Below are positions 27,001 through 40,701 of a stretch of DNA of 64,000 bases, one piece after another; the first letter of the stretch is position 1, and each line of letters opens with the position of its first letter. The notes below the pieces were generated by a model. That model ran no database searches. It was not told the origin of the DNA and was given only the letters and a program-made list of their open reading frames with translations. Position numbers and translations under genes: made by a program. Source of the DNA: Eledone cirrhosa (lineage: Eukaryota); assembly GCA_964016885.1 (NCBI GenBank), contig OZ024743.1:15748001-15812000 (forward strand), written 5' to 3'.

Positions 27001-28934
27001 AAGACCCCTCCCTCTAACATATGACATGTAACTGTAATACTTCAATTTGCTCAGCTGTCGACTGCTTTTGATGTTACTGGTTGAACTGTTGTCTTCCTTC
27101 CAGCTTTTTGTGCTCTATAGGACAGAAAGTGCTGAAATGATACTTACTGCCATCTGTGTAACTGTCAGACTTTTTGTTCTGAACCACCAGCTGTTATTTT
27201 CACGCCTGCTGGAAGGCACACATTCAGAATAGCTTCATAGTTTTTGGAGCTCATTATCCTTAGTTATTCAGCCCAACCACATCGTTATAAGGCAACATTT
27301 CTCCACTTGTTTCTTTCTTTTGACATAGATTCGTGAGCTTGCGTTTCTTGAGATCAGCTGATATCTTTTAAATTCCTTATATACACAAATGGTTTTGTTG
27401 TCTTTTTCTCGGCTTCCTTCCACTTATAATATCAGGCCAGTTTTCACACAATGTCAACATCCATGCTCATTATATGGCTGAACGAATGTATTTTTTTGCA
27501 TCTGTACAATACACTCTATGGAATATTTCTATTGGAATATCTCTATTGGAATATATGCAAGCGCTGTCATTAACATATAACGTACAATGTTAGTTTACTA
27601 AGAAAGAACGGCAGAAAACCTCATAAAATATGCAGAACAAATAAGCAAACAAAACCTTTGTTGATGAAATTGTGGATGTCTAGAAATTTCAACTAAATTC
27701 TGAAGGATACCTGCAAGAAAATAAGAGAAGGTTCTAACAAAGACGTTGAAACTCGAAAATAGATGTTTCTTTAACAACACATATCGAAAAGAATGGATCT
27801 CTCTCATATTTACGAACATATGAGTAGTAGTGCTGTTTGAATATTCATTAGATCTGCGCTAGTGCAGATTTTGAAGTATTTCCAATGTGATTACGTATTA
27901 CAGCTGACAAGACACCTTTGTATAGTTGTTTCCCATCCAATAGATTGAGTGCAAATGGTTTGAAATCACACGCTGCATAACATTTACACGCACGGCATAT
28001 ATGTTGAATTAAGAGACAAACTTCCGCTTCGGCTTCCAACTCTCGTGCTGATTTTGACCTAGAGAGGTTCTAATCGAAAGCCCACGAGAAATAAAAATAC
28101 TTTACAGACATAGCTATAGAAAATGATGATTCATGCTGTCTGTATTATTTAGGCCGCGACAAATTCTCTTCAAAAGTAGATGAAAGTTAGAAGTAACGAT
28201 AGAAACAGTTTATATATATAATGATAATTAAAAAAATGCTCTGATTATATTGAGAATGATATAAATGCTTTAGAAGGGGGCTTGAAGAGAAGAAGATCAG
28301 CAGAAGAAAATGGATTTTGTTTCAACATTTGGCCCTCATAGAATCTGTATTCGTTGGACTTAGGTAGGATAAAATCGAAGGTGAGCTAGATGTAGAGACT
28401 GTTTATAGACATACCGATGGAAGCAGCATAAAAACAGCCAGGATAGTTCGTTCTATCGGTAATACGTAAGCCAAGAAAGATAATCGAAATCTGGTGAGAG
28501 GTAAAAATGGTTTATAAACAGAGCGATAATTTACGGATGGTCTGGCTCTACTGAGAAAGATGTTATAGCTGCAGATGAAGGGAGAGTAGCAGGAATCGCT
28601 AAGCAACGTTACTTTTCAATAGATATGTATGTATGCTTGAGGGGCAAAAATAAAAGTTGCGGCATTATTTATATATATGTCAGACCTATCAACTCTCTCC
28701 GTCCAAGTAGATGATCACCCACTCGACTCCAGTATTGATCTGCTTATCAGACTTGTAATGCGACAAAAGGGTCACCTTTAGCCAATCCTATGCGAAACGC
28801 GCGTAATAGATCGATACGCAATAAATATATTTCAAATGTAAATGAAGCTTCCTCGATTTTTCTATTATATAATCTCTGCCCGTACATAGAGTGCTTGATT
28901 TGGTACCAACACCAGTATTTCACTGTACTACCTA

Positions 28935-28987
<53 letters not shown>

Positions 28988-28991
<4 letters not shown>

Positions 28992-29414
28992 GTTGAGGAA
29001 AAAGTTCGTGCGCCGTGTTAAGATAATGGTCACGCCATCAATGCTGAATTTTACTGCAAGCAACTTGATCGAGTCTACGATGCGCTGCTTGAAAAGTACC
29101 CAAGTCTTGTTCGTCGATAACGCGCTTTGTTCCAACAAGACAATGCAAAGCCGAATACTTCCCATCAATGAAGCACTTTATGAAAGGTCGCCGATTTGAG
29201 TCATTCGAAGAAGTTTAAGAAGCCTGTCAAGAATTTTTCGATTCAAAGCCGAAAGATTGGTACCTTGACCAAATCCGAAAGCTTGCAGATCTTTGGCAGA
29301 AAGTCGTGGACAATGATGGTCTTTAGTTTGAAGAATAGTTGTTGTTTTTGAATAAATTCTTGCATAAAAATCATTATTTTTAACACAGCCTCACGAACGT
29401 TTTCCTCAACCTAG

Positions 29415-29415
<1 letters not shown>
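28988..29415 (+). mobile_element. Internally deleted mariner element
   Basis: About 40-bp TIRs TAGGTTGAGGAAAA.GTTCGTG with TA flanks; relic peptides TINAEFYCKQL, FQQDNAKP and WQKVVDNDG. Confidence 0.9.
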
Positions 29416-29493
<78 letters not shown>

Positions 29494-29599
29494 GTGCGTG
29501 TGCGTGTGTGTGCGTGTGTGCGTGTATGTATGTGTGTGTGGGTGTGTGATTGTGAGCCCGTGTGTGTGATTGTATACATTTATATATATATATACGAGT

Positions 29600-30250
29600 A
29601 TATCCTTTCTTCCTCGCCTACTAATTCTTCGAAGAGACTTGGGAGTAGAGCCCACCAGTATGTATTCCAGTGGGTCCTGTCAGAAGCAACCGTTTCCAAT
29701 CTCCAAGTAATCCAAATAGATCCTAAAGCGAGACGTATCGAGCTCATGGATGTTATTCAAAGATCTTGCTTGGGATCGAACGCTGAATCACATGTCCGTA
29801 GTATCCGTGATCACATCTCTCATTTCGGAGAAGTAGCAGTTCTACGTGCAGCGGCTCTCTGATCTCCCAGCTACGCACTCTATCGTGTAACTTTACTCCA
29901 AATCCCTTCGGAGGAACCGCATTTCGACCGGTTGTATTCGTGATCGTATTCTTTAGGTCATTACCCGTGATTCACGATAATGGGTAAGTGTTGGCACGAA
30001 CACCGAATAGAAGATAGTGAGTATGGCTTGTACACCTACATATTTTCTACCGATAAACGAATGCTCTAATTGGCACATTACTGTACCAGCTACTGCAAAT
30101 CTTGCACTTAATACTGTGCCTTGCCTGCCATTACCCGTAAACACGGCCCCAATATGCTTCAATCGAACGCCACTCACACGTAAAGGGAATGCGCAGGAAC
30201 ATTGAGTGAACGAGTAACTCAGTGTTACCAGTAGCTATTTTCAAATGTTC
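29600..30250 (-). pseudogene. Decayed RTE LINE ORF2 C-terminal fragment
   Basis: Peptide LKHIGAVFTGNG...IFYSVFVPTLTHYRESRVMT. Confidence 0.7.
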
Positions 30251-30302
30251 TGTCATAACCTTATTACACGTAGTTACATCCACATACGCACACAAACATA
30301 AA

Positions 30303-30401
<99 letters not shown>

Positions 30402-31324
30402 AGTGGCGGAGTGGGTCTAAAAATATTGGTTGCTAGGAGATGAAGCGGGCCCACCTACATATAGAATGCTATCATTTAATTTTTATAATGAATAAATAAC
30501 ATTTTCGAAAAGACATAAGTGGAAACAAAACAGTGCAATCAAATTTTTTCGGAAAAATATCTACCTTCTCCAATAAAAAATAAATGTATTTTGCGAAATC
30601 CAGGGACATTCAATAACGACCGGAAGTCGACCCTAAATATTACTGATAGCTCTGGGAAAGCCATGAACAGCACAACATCTTTTAAACTTTGATTTTGAAA
30701 GAAGGTTTAAAATTATCAATTTTCATTATAATTGCGTAGCTGTCTCTGTGGACTAGTTGGAGGAATCATAGACTGTGGTGATCCTGGTCTGAAGTTCGAT
30801 CCTTGTCGGGAGTAGTGTTCCAGGTAGACCTTTTCAGTTTTGTTTTATTGGTTGTAAAATAAAAAATTAAAAAGTTAACATGTACCTCATGGCCAGGACT
30901 GAACTCAAGGACAGGATATCCACCGTCTCTAGTACCTACCGCTACGCCACAGAGACAACTACAAAAGTCTCATGAAAATTCATACTTATAAACATACTTG
31001 CAAAATTTTCAAAACAAAGTGTTGCGGTGTCGTTCATGTCTTTCTTAATGTTATTGCTCCTACTTAAGGTCGACTTCTAAATCATTTGGGGGTTCCATAA
31101 ACAATATCCTCGTTTTGTTTCACATCTATCTAGACTATATTTTAACCTGTAATCCATGTGTCATTTCTGTTGCATCTCATTTCTCCCCTCTCTCTCACTC
31201 TTTCTCACTGTGGTATTTGAATCTACTATGATTTGGGCTTACCTTATTCCTATATATATGTTTTTGCATGTCAGTTAGATTCAAACTTACAATGATTTGC
31301 ATTATATATATATATATATATATA

Positions 31325-32159
31325 AGTATTGAAGTTTCTGTTGAAAATTGAAAAAAGTCATAGGAGTGTTGAGTGCTCTATGTAAGTTACAGAACTAAAT
31401 TTAATGTATAATAAACAATACAATATAATTACCTCATTACCAGAGGTTTCCCGAATAAGACGAATAGAAGAAATGTCCTCATCCGTTCGTCAGACAAGGC
31501 AATTTAAAACATAGTGAAATATTTGAAAAATCTCAAGAAAGGCAAAAGTTTAACGGGCGACAAAAAAAAATATAAATAAAAGTAATGCAAGAGATATATA
31601 AAAATAAAATAAGGAAATATAGTAAGGGTATGTGTATAAGTGTGTGTATATGCACCTACAGATGTACATATGTGTGTATGTACAAATGCATGTGTATAGT
31701 GAAAAAATGTGTCCGCAAGTACATACATGAGGGCAAGCATATCAGTGTATCTGTGACCACAAATACGTATATAATATGTTGAAAAAAAATTGTAAGATAA
31801 TAGAGTTAACGTACATACAGACTATGGGACTAAGGATTGAAATATATACACATACAAGTATGAAAGCACGCATATAAACACAAACACACTCGCAACCACA
31901 TACATGTATGCGATATATACAGGGAAGGGGGTGTAAGAGTCAAAGCAGTGTCAGGCTGAAGGTCGATACAGATATAATAATATAAAATATGAAAATGAAA
32001 AAATGAAAAAATATATAGGTTCGTACGCACATATATATATATATATATACGTACAGACAAAAGCACATACACGCGTCCATACATACAAAAGCGCGCATAC
32101 ATACACACGAAGCACATATATATATATATACATACATGTACATCTAATCACGCACGCGA

Positions 32160-32228
<69 letters not shown>

Positions 32229-33410
32229 GATAAATCTACCAAAATATACGGTAGTATATACACACATATATATGTATGTAAAAAACATAGATATAAAACA
32301 CACACACACACACATATACACATACACGCGCACATACAAATGCATTCGTATACATATACAAACACGTATACACACATATGCACACTTACACACATACATA
32401 CAATATAAAAACCACCCGTATGAATAAATGAGTACAAATTATACGCAAGTAAACATACATAGAAGCGGCTGAGGGACAACAGAATATATCTGGAGTTGAA
32501 AACGCAAGTGACATGTGATATCAGGTAGTGAGAGAAAAGGGGGAAGTAAAATATGTAAAATTGTGAAGATATAAGTAAATGAATCAAAAAGCGCGGGGGT
32601 GGGGGGGGGGGCACTGGTGGATGTGAAGTAAAAATAAAGTTAAAAATAAAATTAAAAGTAAATCAGAAAGAGAAGTCTGTAAAGAAGGTAAGTTAAGGAA
32701 AGTGAAGAACAAGAGTTTATGGAGGATAAGTATCTGAAAGTGAGTTAAGTTTATATGACCTGGAAAGCAAGTGTGATTTCATATGTCGGCAACTGGTGAA
32801 AATTTCTGTTTTTACATTTAGGAAGGTTTTTGGTGATATAAGGTTCTGTAAAATCCAATATTTTTCACGTATGCAGAGTGCACATCTTCTTGTTCCTCTT
32901 GCATATTCTTTAGATTGGTTCAAAATTGACCAATCTAATTTATATCGGAAACTTTGGTCTTTCGAATCCCATATTGTGCTAGCCAGAGCTGTTGTAAATC
33001 TTTTTTCAGGATGTGGGAAAGATGCAACATGTGAGTAATAACGCGTTTTGAATTTGTCTTGTGTCATACTCACATATCGTTCGCTGGTGGCTGGTAGGTT
33101 GTTGCTGGTGGTTGTCATTTTAGCCGCATATACAATGGCTTTGGTGTTGATTTACCTTGTAATGGGCATTCACTTTTGATTCTACAGGAGCAATTTTGAT
33201 GTTCTTTGGGTATTTTCTTATTGAGGATATATGATTTAATAGGGGACCGCAGGAGAAGGTGATTTTCACACAGTTTCTATTGAAGATCTTCAATTTTGGT
33301 TTCTATTAATTTCCTGGGGAATTGGTTGACCAAATGCTTTGCTTAATTGTTTCATTTATTTTTTAAAAAAATGTTGTTGTTTCTCTTAGATTTCAAGTAT
33401 TTTTTTAAAG
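31325..33410 (-). mobile_element. Penelope-like element: GIY-YIG fragment, microsatellite-rich 3' UTR and HHR
   Basis: ORF 32717-33118 FKTRYYSH..SF...TTALASTIW...LDWSIL...RRCALCIREKYWI; HHR near the 3' end. Confidence 0.85.
31433..31498 (-). ncRNA. Hammerhead ribozyme
   Basis: CUUGU-CUGACGA-A-CGGAUGAGGAC...GUCUUAUUCG-G-GAAA-CCUCUGG-UA-AUGAG. Confidence 0.7.
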
Positions 33411-33638
33411 CAAATCATTGGCCCAAAAAATACTACAGTGGGCCTTACAATGCTATTGTGGGCTCTTGCAATGGTACCGGGCTCATTAGGACCCACTTGC
33501 CATTGGGCCACCTCGCAACCTGACCAGTCCGCCACTGTATATATATATATACATATAAATGTAATCTTATCTTTTCGAATATTTATGATATTCGATTCTT
33601 TTGCAATTATGCAAATAGCCCATTTAAAACTATATATA

Positions 33639-33740
<102 letters not shown>

Positions 33741-34138
33741 TATATACATATATATACAGTATTTACGTATCGAGAGAGAGAAAAAAAGTGGAAGATAGGT
33801 GATACATATAGTTATTTGCCAAGTAGAGTATGCCAAAGGTCCTCGATACTAGTACCGGCAGTATTAAATATTCGAAGTGTTAATATTTAGTGGGCTAGAG
33901 AATTAGCAGAGCGTAAGCACGTGGGAAAGTAAGAAATCGGAGAATAGACCGTTAAAACCCGTCTATTTAAAACAGCACCTAGGTACGTAGGTGCTGTTTT
34001 AAATAAACATGTTTTAACGGTTCAGCCGTCGGGGTCCTACTCGTTCCTATTCCCACTCTACCACCCTCAGCATTGAGTATTTTGTGCGTATATGGTCCAT
34101 CTGGTCCCTTACCACATTTCCTTCGCTATATATACATA

Positions 34139-34207
<69 letters not shown>

Positions 34208-34269
34208 ATACTTGGGGAGGGTCATATTTGTGTAATATTGCCAGAATTAATAAACTAATTCATCGCCGC

Positions 34270-34324
<55 letters not shown>

Positions 34325-34350
34325 AAATATATATATACATATATATATAG

Positions 34351-35277
34351 TATTAATTATACTATTTATGGTTATGCAAATACAAAAACCTTTTGTAGTT
34401 ATATATATTTTTATAAACCCTAAATAGTGGTAGGCAGTAATATATTACTACCTTATTACCAGTAAGTTAAATAGCTCAATGTAATAACATCAGATGATTT
34501 ACAGAGCAGTTATATGAATTAGAAGAATCAAAGGACTGTTCAAAACATGTTTATGCTTACAACTGTTTCCTCCAAACCGAGGTTTGGTTTCTTCGGAGCA
34601 ACTTATTATTGAATGAACACTTATATGACCTCCTTTTCACCCAAGAGACATACAGATACATATGCAAATATTGTGGGTCAACATTCATTACAGCATTTAG
34701 TGTGGCAGTACACATTTAGAGATTACATTCATATTAAAAGATACAATCAAAAATACAGGTTAAAATACAACATAAAATTAAGCGGTTATAGAGTGCAATT
34801 GTTATATGTGTGGCAAGCACGTGCATCTTGTTTATATAGTGTGGCAGAGAGTTACGTGTAATAGAAGCACTTAAGCAGGTAATCAAGTGTGTTAAGAGGG
34901 TTGATTACCTGCTTAAGGTCTTCTATTACACGAAACTCTCTGCCACACTATATAAACAAGACGCACGTGCTTGCCACACATATAACATTTGCACTATATA
35001 ACCGCTTATTTTCATGTTGTATTTTAACCTGTATTTTTTATTGTATCTTTTAATATGAATGTAATCCCTAAATGTGTACTGCCACAATAAATGGTGTAAT
35101 GAATGTTGACCCATAATATTTGCATATGTATCTGTATGTCTCTTGGGTGAAAAGGAGGTCATATAAGTGTTCATTCAATAATAAATTGCTCCGAAGAAAC
35201 CAAACCTCGGTTTGGAGGAAACAGTTGTAAGCATAAAAATGTTTTGAACAGTTCTTTGATTCTTATAATTCATATAA
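34351..35277. mobile_element. Fold-back of a PLE 3' UTR with two CCGAAGA HHRs (34555-34599 minus, 35188-35232 plus)
   Basis: Arms about 34510-34885 and 34902-35277; same sequence as the 3' UTR at 48802-49342. Confidence 0.88.
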
Positions 35278-35288
35278 TTCATATATAT

Positions 35289-35334
<46 letters not shown>

Positions 35335-35365
35335 CATATTTATATATATATATATATATATACAC

Positions 35366-35429
<64 letters not shown>

Positions 35430-35482
35430 GTATATACATATATATTTATATATATACATACATATATATATATATACACACA

Positions 35483-35604
<122 letters not shown>

Positions 35605-35623
35605 CATATATATATATATATAT

Positions 35624-35656
<33 letters not shown>

Positions 35657-35676
35657 CTAATATATATATATATATG

Positions 35677-35742
<66 letters not shown>

Positions 35743-35749
<7 letters not shown>

Positions 35750-36206
35750 AAGTTAAATAAAAGTCAAATGATTAAAATTTAGCTTCGTTTATTACTGCTA
35801 TATATATTTCAGTGACAGCCATTTTTGGCTGTGACCTCTTCAGGCAGTTTGAATTAGTATGGTATAGACAAGTACATATGTTGTTGAGGTGAATGATTCC
35901 AGTTCCACAGTGAAATAATAACCCAACAAGGAACTAGGCATATCAGAGTATTGACAATATTATACACCTCAACAACATATGTACGTGTCTATACCATACT
36001 AATTCAAACTGCCTGAAGAGGTCACAGCCAAAGATGGCTGTCACTGAAATATATATAGCAGTAATAAACGAAGCTAAATTTTAATCATTTGACTTTTATT
36101 TAACTTTATTTTACACTACTCCGGAGTAACCAAACCAACCTGCGCACTTCGTCGAGTGCTCCAGCCTGCATACTAAGGTGTTTGTATACAACCAACATAA
36201 ACTCAA

Positions 36207-36210
<4 letters not shown>
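35743..36210. mobile_element. Fold-back HHR element
   Basis: Arms 35743-35891 and 35965-36112, flanked by (TA)n. Confidence 0.85.
36009..36061 (+). ncRNA. Hammerhead ribozyme with AUA site (mirror copy at 35795-35847, minus strand)
   Basis: CUGC-CUGAAGA-GGUCACAGCCA-AAGA-UGGCUGUCACU-GAAA-UAUAUA-UA-GCAG. Confidence 0.75.
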
Positions 36211-36299
<89 letters not shown>

Positions 36300-36959
36300 A
36301 TATACAAACATAAATTATCGATAATCGCATTTGGGCCCACGAAATAACGAAAAACATCCTCCGAGATGTGTGGCAAGTGCTCAATGATTCAGAAGAACCA
36401 GAGCTATAACAAACGTTAAAGGCCAAACACACTGAGACGATGGTTAAACAATCATTCGCATAGCCAAAAAAACGATCAAGTTATTCGGGTCAAACAAATA
36501 TAAAATATCTGTCATTGAAAATTTACCCGGACCCCTGGAAGGTTGGAAAAATCCAGCATTGGGGTTTCTGCGGGTCCTAAATCAAGTAGTGTCCGCTTAC
36601 ATAAATAATATTAGGCTTCTGGTTAGATGATTGAACAAGGAAGCCACTTTCTCAACAGGTTTTAGTTCAATGTTAATACAAGGACTGACTATTGCTGACC
36701 CCACGTGGGGATCGGCAAGGGAGGCAACCCCTATATCAGACGAATGAATTCAGTTGTGTATATTTTTGCAAGAATGCAAAAACATCACAAATCGAATAGA
36801 GTTCTCAACAGAAGGGTTAAAATTAACATACATATATATATATATTAGCATATACATAAAATTAACATATATATATATATAACGAAGTAAATGTGGTAAG
36901 GAACCAGGTGGACCATAACGCACCAAAGTACTCAATACTTAGGGTAGTAGAGTGGGTAA

Positions 36960-37074
36960 TAGGAACGAGTAGGATCCCGACGGCTGAGCTCAAGCCGTTT
37001 CGACGGCTAATTCTGGACCAGAATTAGCCGTCGAAACGGCTTGAGCTCAGCCGTCGAGGTCCTACTCGTTCCTA
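36960..37074. repeat. Near-perfect palindrome made from the 3' half of the 61.6-kb family HHR
   Basis: Arms of about 57 bp centred on 37017. Confidence 0.9.
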
Positions 37075-37134
37075 TATATATATATATATGAGAGTATATA
37101 TATATATATGAGAGTATATATATATATATGAGAG

Positions 37135-37300
37135 TATCCTTACACCTGAGCCAGGAATTGTTTGCATCCGTAAGACTGTCGGAGAAATAGGCCAATGCTG
37201 GCTGTCAAATTATTTTCCTGAAACGCTGCCTAAAAAACGATGTCATCCCCAACACCATCAGGAACATCCGCTTACCAGTAAGCCTACGTACACCTAAAAA
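37135..37300 (+). pseudogene. Penelope-like ORF N-terminal relic
   Basis: Peptide IIFLKRCLKNDVIPNTIR, an FLxRC...IP motif seen at the start of PLE ORFs. Confidence 0.5.
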
Positions 37301-37533
37301 AAAAAAGACCGAAATATATAGGGACAATTAAATCTCTGCCAAAGTAACTCACTCTCGTGTTGTTATTTTAATTTTATCCTTTATTATCTTTCCTTCATTC
37401 CTCTACACGTCTTATACACACTACGCATCTCAACGTACACCCACTTACATCTCTCTCTCCACCACCGGATCTTGTTACCCGGAGATTTACCCATTTGCAT
37501 TGTCGTGGCTTCCAAACGACTTAAATATATTTA

Positions 37534-37684
<151 letters not shown>

Positions 37685-37766
37685 GTTATTCCGGGTTGAA
37701 TCGGAGGAAACCACAGTAAGTAAGGTACTCAATACATAGCAGAGTATAAAAGTGTTAATATAGATG

Positions 37767-37817
37767 AGATTCTACAGGACTAGAACTGTTTCATTCTTTA
37801 GAAATCATCAGGAATCT
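37767..37817 (-). ncRNA. Hammerhead ribozyme
   Basis: AGAUUC-CUGAUGA-UUUC-UAAA-GAAU-GAAA-CAG-UUCUAGUC-CUG-UA-GAAUCU; 6-bp stem I. Confidence 0.8.
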
Positions 37818-38100
37818 GGGTATCAAAAAATAAATATGGTATTTATAGGTCTCTTCAGGTGGTAGGAGTGTGTGGGGAGTGGGATGGGTAGAGGTCATTG
37901 GTTGATAGAAAAGGGAATTCATTAAAAGGTAATTCTTTAAAGTTCTAATAAGAGTGACGAAGGCCTAGAAAATTCTATAGACCAGTTCAAAATATTGAGT
38001 GCCTATCATACCATTATCTTCAAGTTTCTCTTAAGCTATATTCCAGGTGTCGACAGACACATTCACAAACACACACACACACACACACACGCGTGCACCC

Positions 38101-38153
<53 letters not shown>

Positions 38154-38280
38154 CATACATACATTCATACACACACATACACATATATACATATATACAC
38201 ATATACACACATACGTACATATACACATATACACACATAAACATATATACACATATATACATATATATATATATATATAT

Positions 38281-39305
38281 CTTCAACACTGCCACAGCAA
38301 ACCTACCGATCATTGCTCAAAGTAATGAATTAAAAGGCTTAATCACAGATCGATCTTTGACTCTTAGTAAAAGACAGCCGAAAAATTTGAAGCAATTACT
38401 AACAAAAGCAAAGTTTGACCTTAACAACAAAGACCAATCATTCACTGTATCTAAATGCAATGATAGTCGATGCGGCACATGTCAATCCATACACTCCGGT
38501 CAATATATGAAAACAAAAAAACTGGAAATATATTCCCAAACGCAAATATGAAATGCAAAAGCAGAAATCTAATTTACAGCATTAAATGCCCGTATTGTGA
38601 AGAACTATATGTCGGTCAAACTGGAAATGCACTATCGGACGTGCACAGGTACAACGACAGTAAATCAGAGACCCAAATGTCCGTCAGATACCCCTATGTA
38701 AACATCTAGCAACATGTGGTCAGGGAATATTTATAATATTCCCATTCTACAAATTACACAGCCCAGGTGAAATCAAGAGAAAAATCAAAGAAAAGAATGT
38801 TATTGATAAATTCAAACCCAAGCTAAATGAACATTAATAATGGGGTTTCCTACTATCACTATGACTACGACCACGAACAACAACGACAACAACAATAATA
38901 ATAATAATAAAAGTGATGTTGATAGTGATGATTACTAGAAAATGCTATTTTCATCATTTCTAAAAATAGCAAAACAATTGATGCTTTGGATAGGGTAAAT
39001 TAAGTAGTCGTTGGACATGCTCAACCAACCGTGACGCCTAAACCAATCAGCTTTTGTAATCCAGTGAAACTACACACCGATTGGTCGAAATACAGTTTGC
39101 AAGATTTAGCATTCTGGAGCACAAAATTTACCCATTTCATTACAGTTAAAAATTGCAAACTTGACTGTCACCACACATTATAAACCTGAAGATTGCGAAA
39201 GCATGAAAGTATTTGTTCAATTAACACTTAACATTTAATATTCCACCATACTATTTCATTCTAATACCATTATACATTTTAAAGGATTGTAAATAAAACG
39301 AGTAA
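38281..39305 (+). mobile_element. Penelope-like element 3' part (Zn finger plus GIY-YIG, Neptune-like), frameshifted; decayed HHR at 39183-39217
   Basis: [42 protein letters not shown]; AAC-CUGAAGA-UUGC-GAAA-GCAU-GAAA...GUU. Confidence 0.85.
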
Positions 39306-39380
39306 ATCAGACAAAGTTGGAATTACTTTTATTAATATATCTATATATATATCTATATATATATATATATATATATATAT

Positions 39381-40639
39381 GAATTAGAACCCTGTAACCA
39401 TTAAGCTCTAAGTATAAAGTACAAATAAATACTGAGCCGATTAGCAATATATAGTAAGAAACACAGTAAACCGTGTGTCTAAAATTACAAGGGTTGAAAA
39501 ACCACATATGCTTGAAATATTTAACCAAGAAACAGACAGGATGACCAAATGAAAATAAAGATATATTATCATAATACAAACCGCCTCAATAACCATTATA
39601 TCTCTCGGACAGATTATCCCTAATCTGTTTCGCCCTGAGTGTGTTTGTAACAGATAATCCTGGGCTTCATCAGCGAGAGATTTCAATTAAATGTCACAAA
39701 CACTATTTGCCAACGTTCACACAGAAAGATGAATTTATCACCTCATGCGCCGCCAGTCAAACGTGGTAAGCGCGTATTGAACAGAAATAACAGTCCAACA
39801 CGCACAACTTAATAGCTCATCCTGTAAGAGAGCCGAAATATATATATATGAATTAGAACCATGTAACCATTAAGCTCTAAGTATAAAGTACAAATAAGTA
39901 TAAAGTACAAATTTATCACGAGGTGATAAATTCATCTTTCTGTGTGAACGTTGGCAAATAGTGTTTGTGACATTTAATTGAAATCTCTCGCTGATGAAGC
40001 CAGGATTATCTGTTACAAACACACTCAGGGCGAAACAGATTAGGGATAATCTGTCCGAGAGATATAATGGTTATTGAGGCGGTTTGTATTATGATAATAT
40101 ATCTTTATGTTCATTTTGTCATCCTGTCTGTTTCTTGGTTAAATATTTCAAGCATATGTGGTTTTTCAACCCTTGTAATTTTAGACACACGGTTTACTGT
40201 GTTTCTTACTATATATTGCTAATCGGCTCAGTATTTATTTGTACTTTATACTTAGAGCTTAATGGTTACAGGGTTCTAATTCATATATATATATTTCGGC
40301 TCTCTTACATGATGAGCTATTAAGTTGTGCGTGTTGGACTGTTATTTCTGTTCAATACGCGCTTACCACGTTTGACTGGCGGCGCACGAGGTGATAAATT
40401 CATCTTTCTGTGTGAACGTTGGCAAATAGTGTTTGTGACATTTAATTGAAATCTCTCACTGATGAAGCCCAGGATTATCTGTTACAAACACACTCAGGGC
40501 GAAACAGAGTAGGGATAATCTGTCCGAGAGATATAATGGTTATTGAGGCGGTTTGTATTATGATAATATATCTTTATTTTCATTTTGTCATCCTGTCTGT
40601 TTCTTGGTTAAATATTTCAAGCATATGTGGTTTTTCAAC

Positions 40640-40642
<3 letters not shown>
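39381..40642. mobile_element. Non-coding 468-nt HHR monomer, arranged in tandem and inverted
   Basis: Minus run 39381-39910 and plus run about 39918-40642; period 468. Confidence 0.9.
39983..40063 (+). ncRNA. Hammerhead ribozyme with stable stems (copies at 40451-40532 plus and 39600-39681 minus)
   Basis: AUCUCUCG-CUGAUGA-A-GCC(C)...GGGC-GAAA-CAGAUUA-GGGA-UAAUCUG-UC-CGAGAGAU. Confidence 0.9.

Positions 40643-40701
<59 letters not shown>

Noticed and set aside
28786-28812. GCGAAACGCGCGTAATAG, resembling the 3' half of a hammerhead
   Set aside because: No matching CUGANGA or UUGANAA core, or stem II, found upstream
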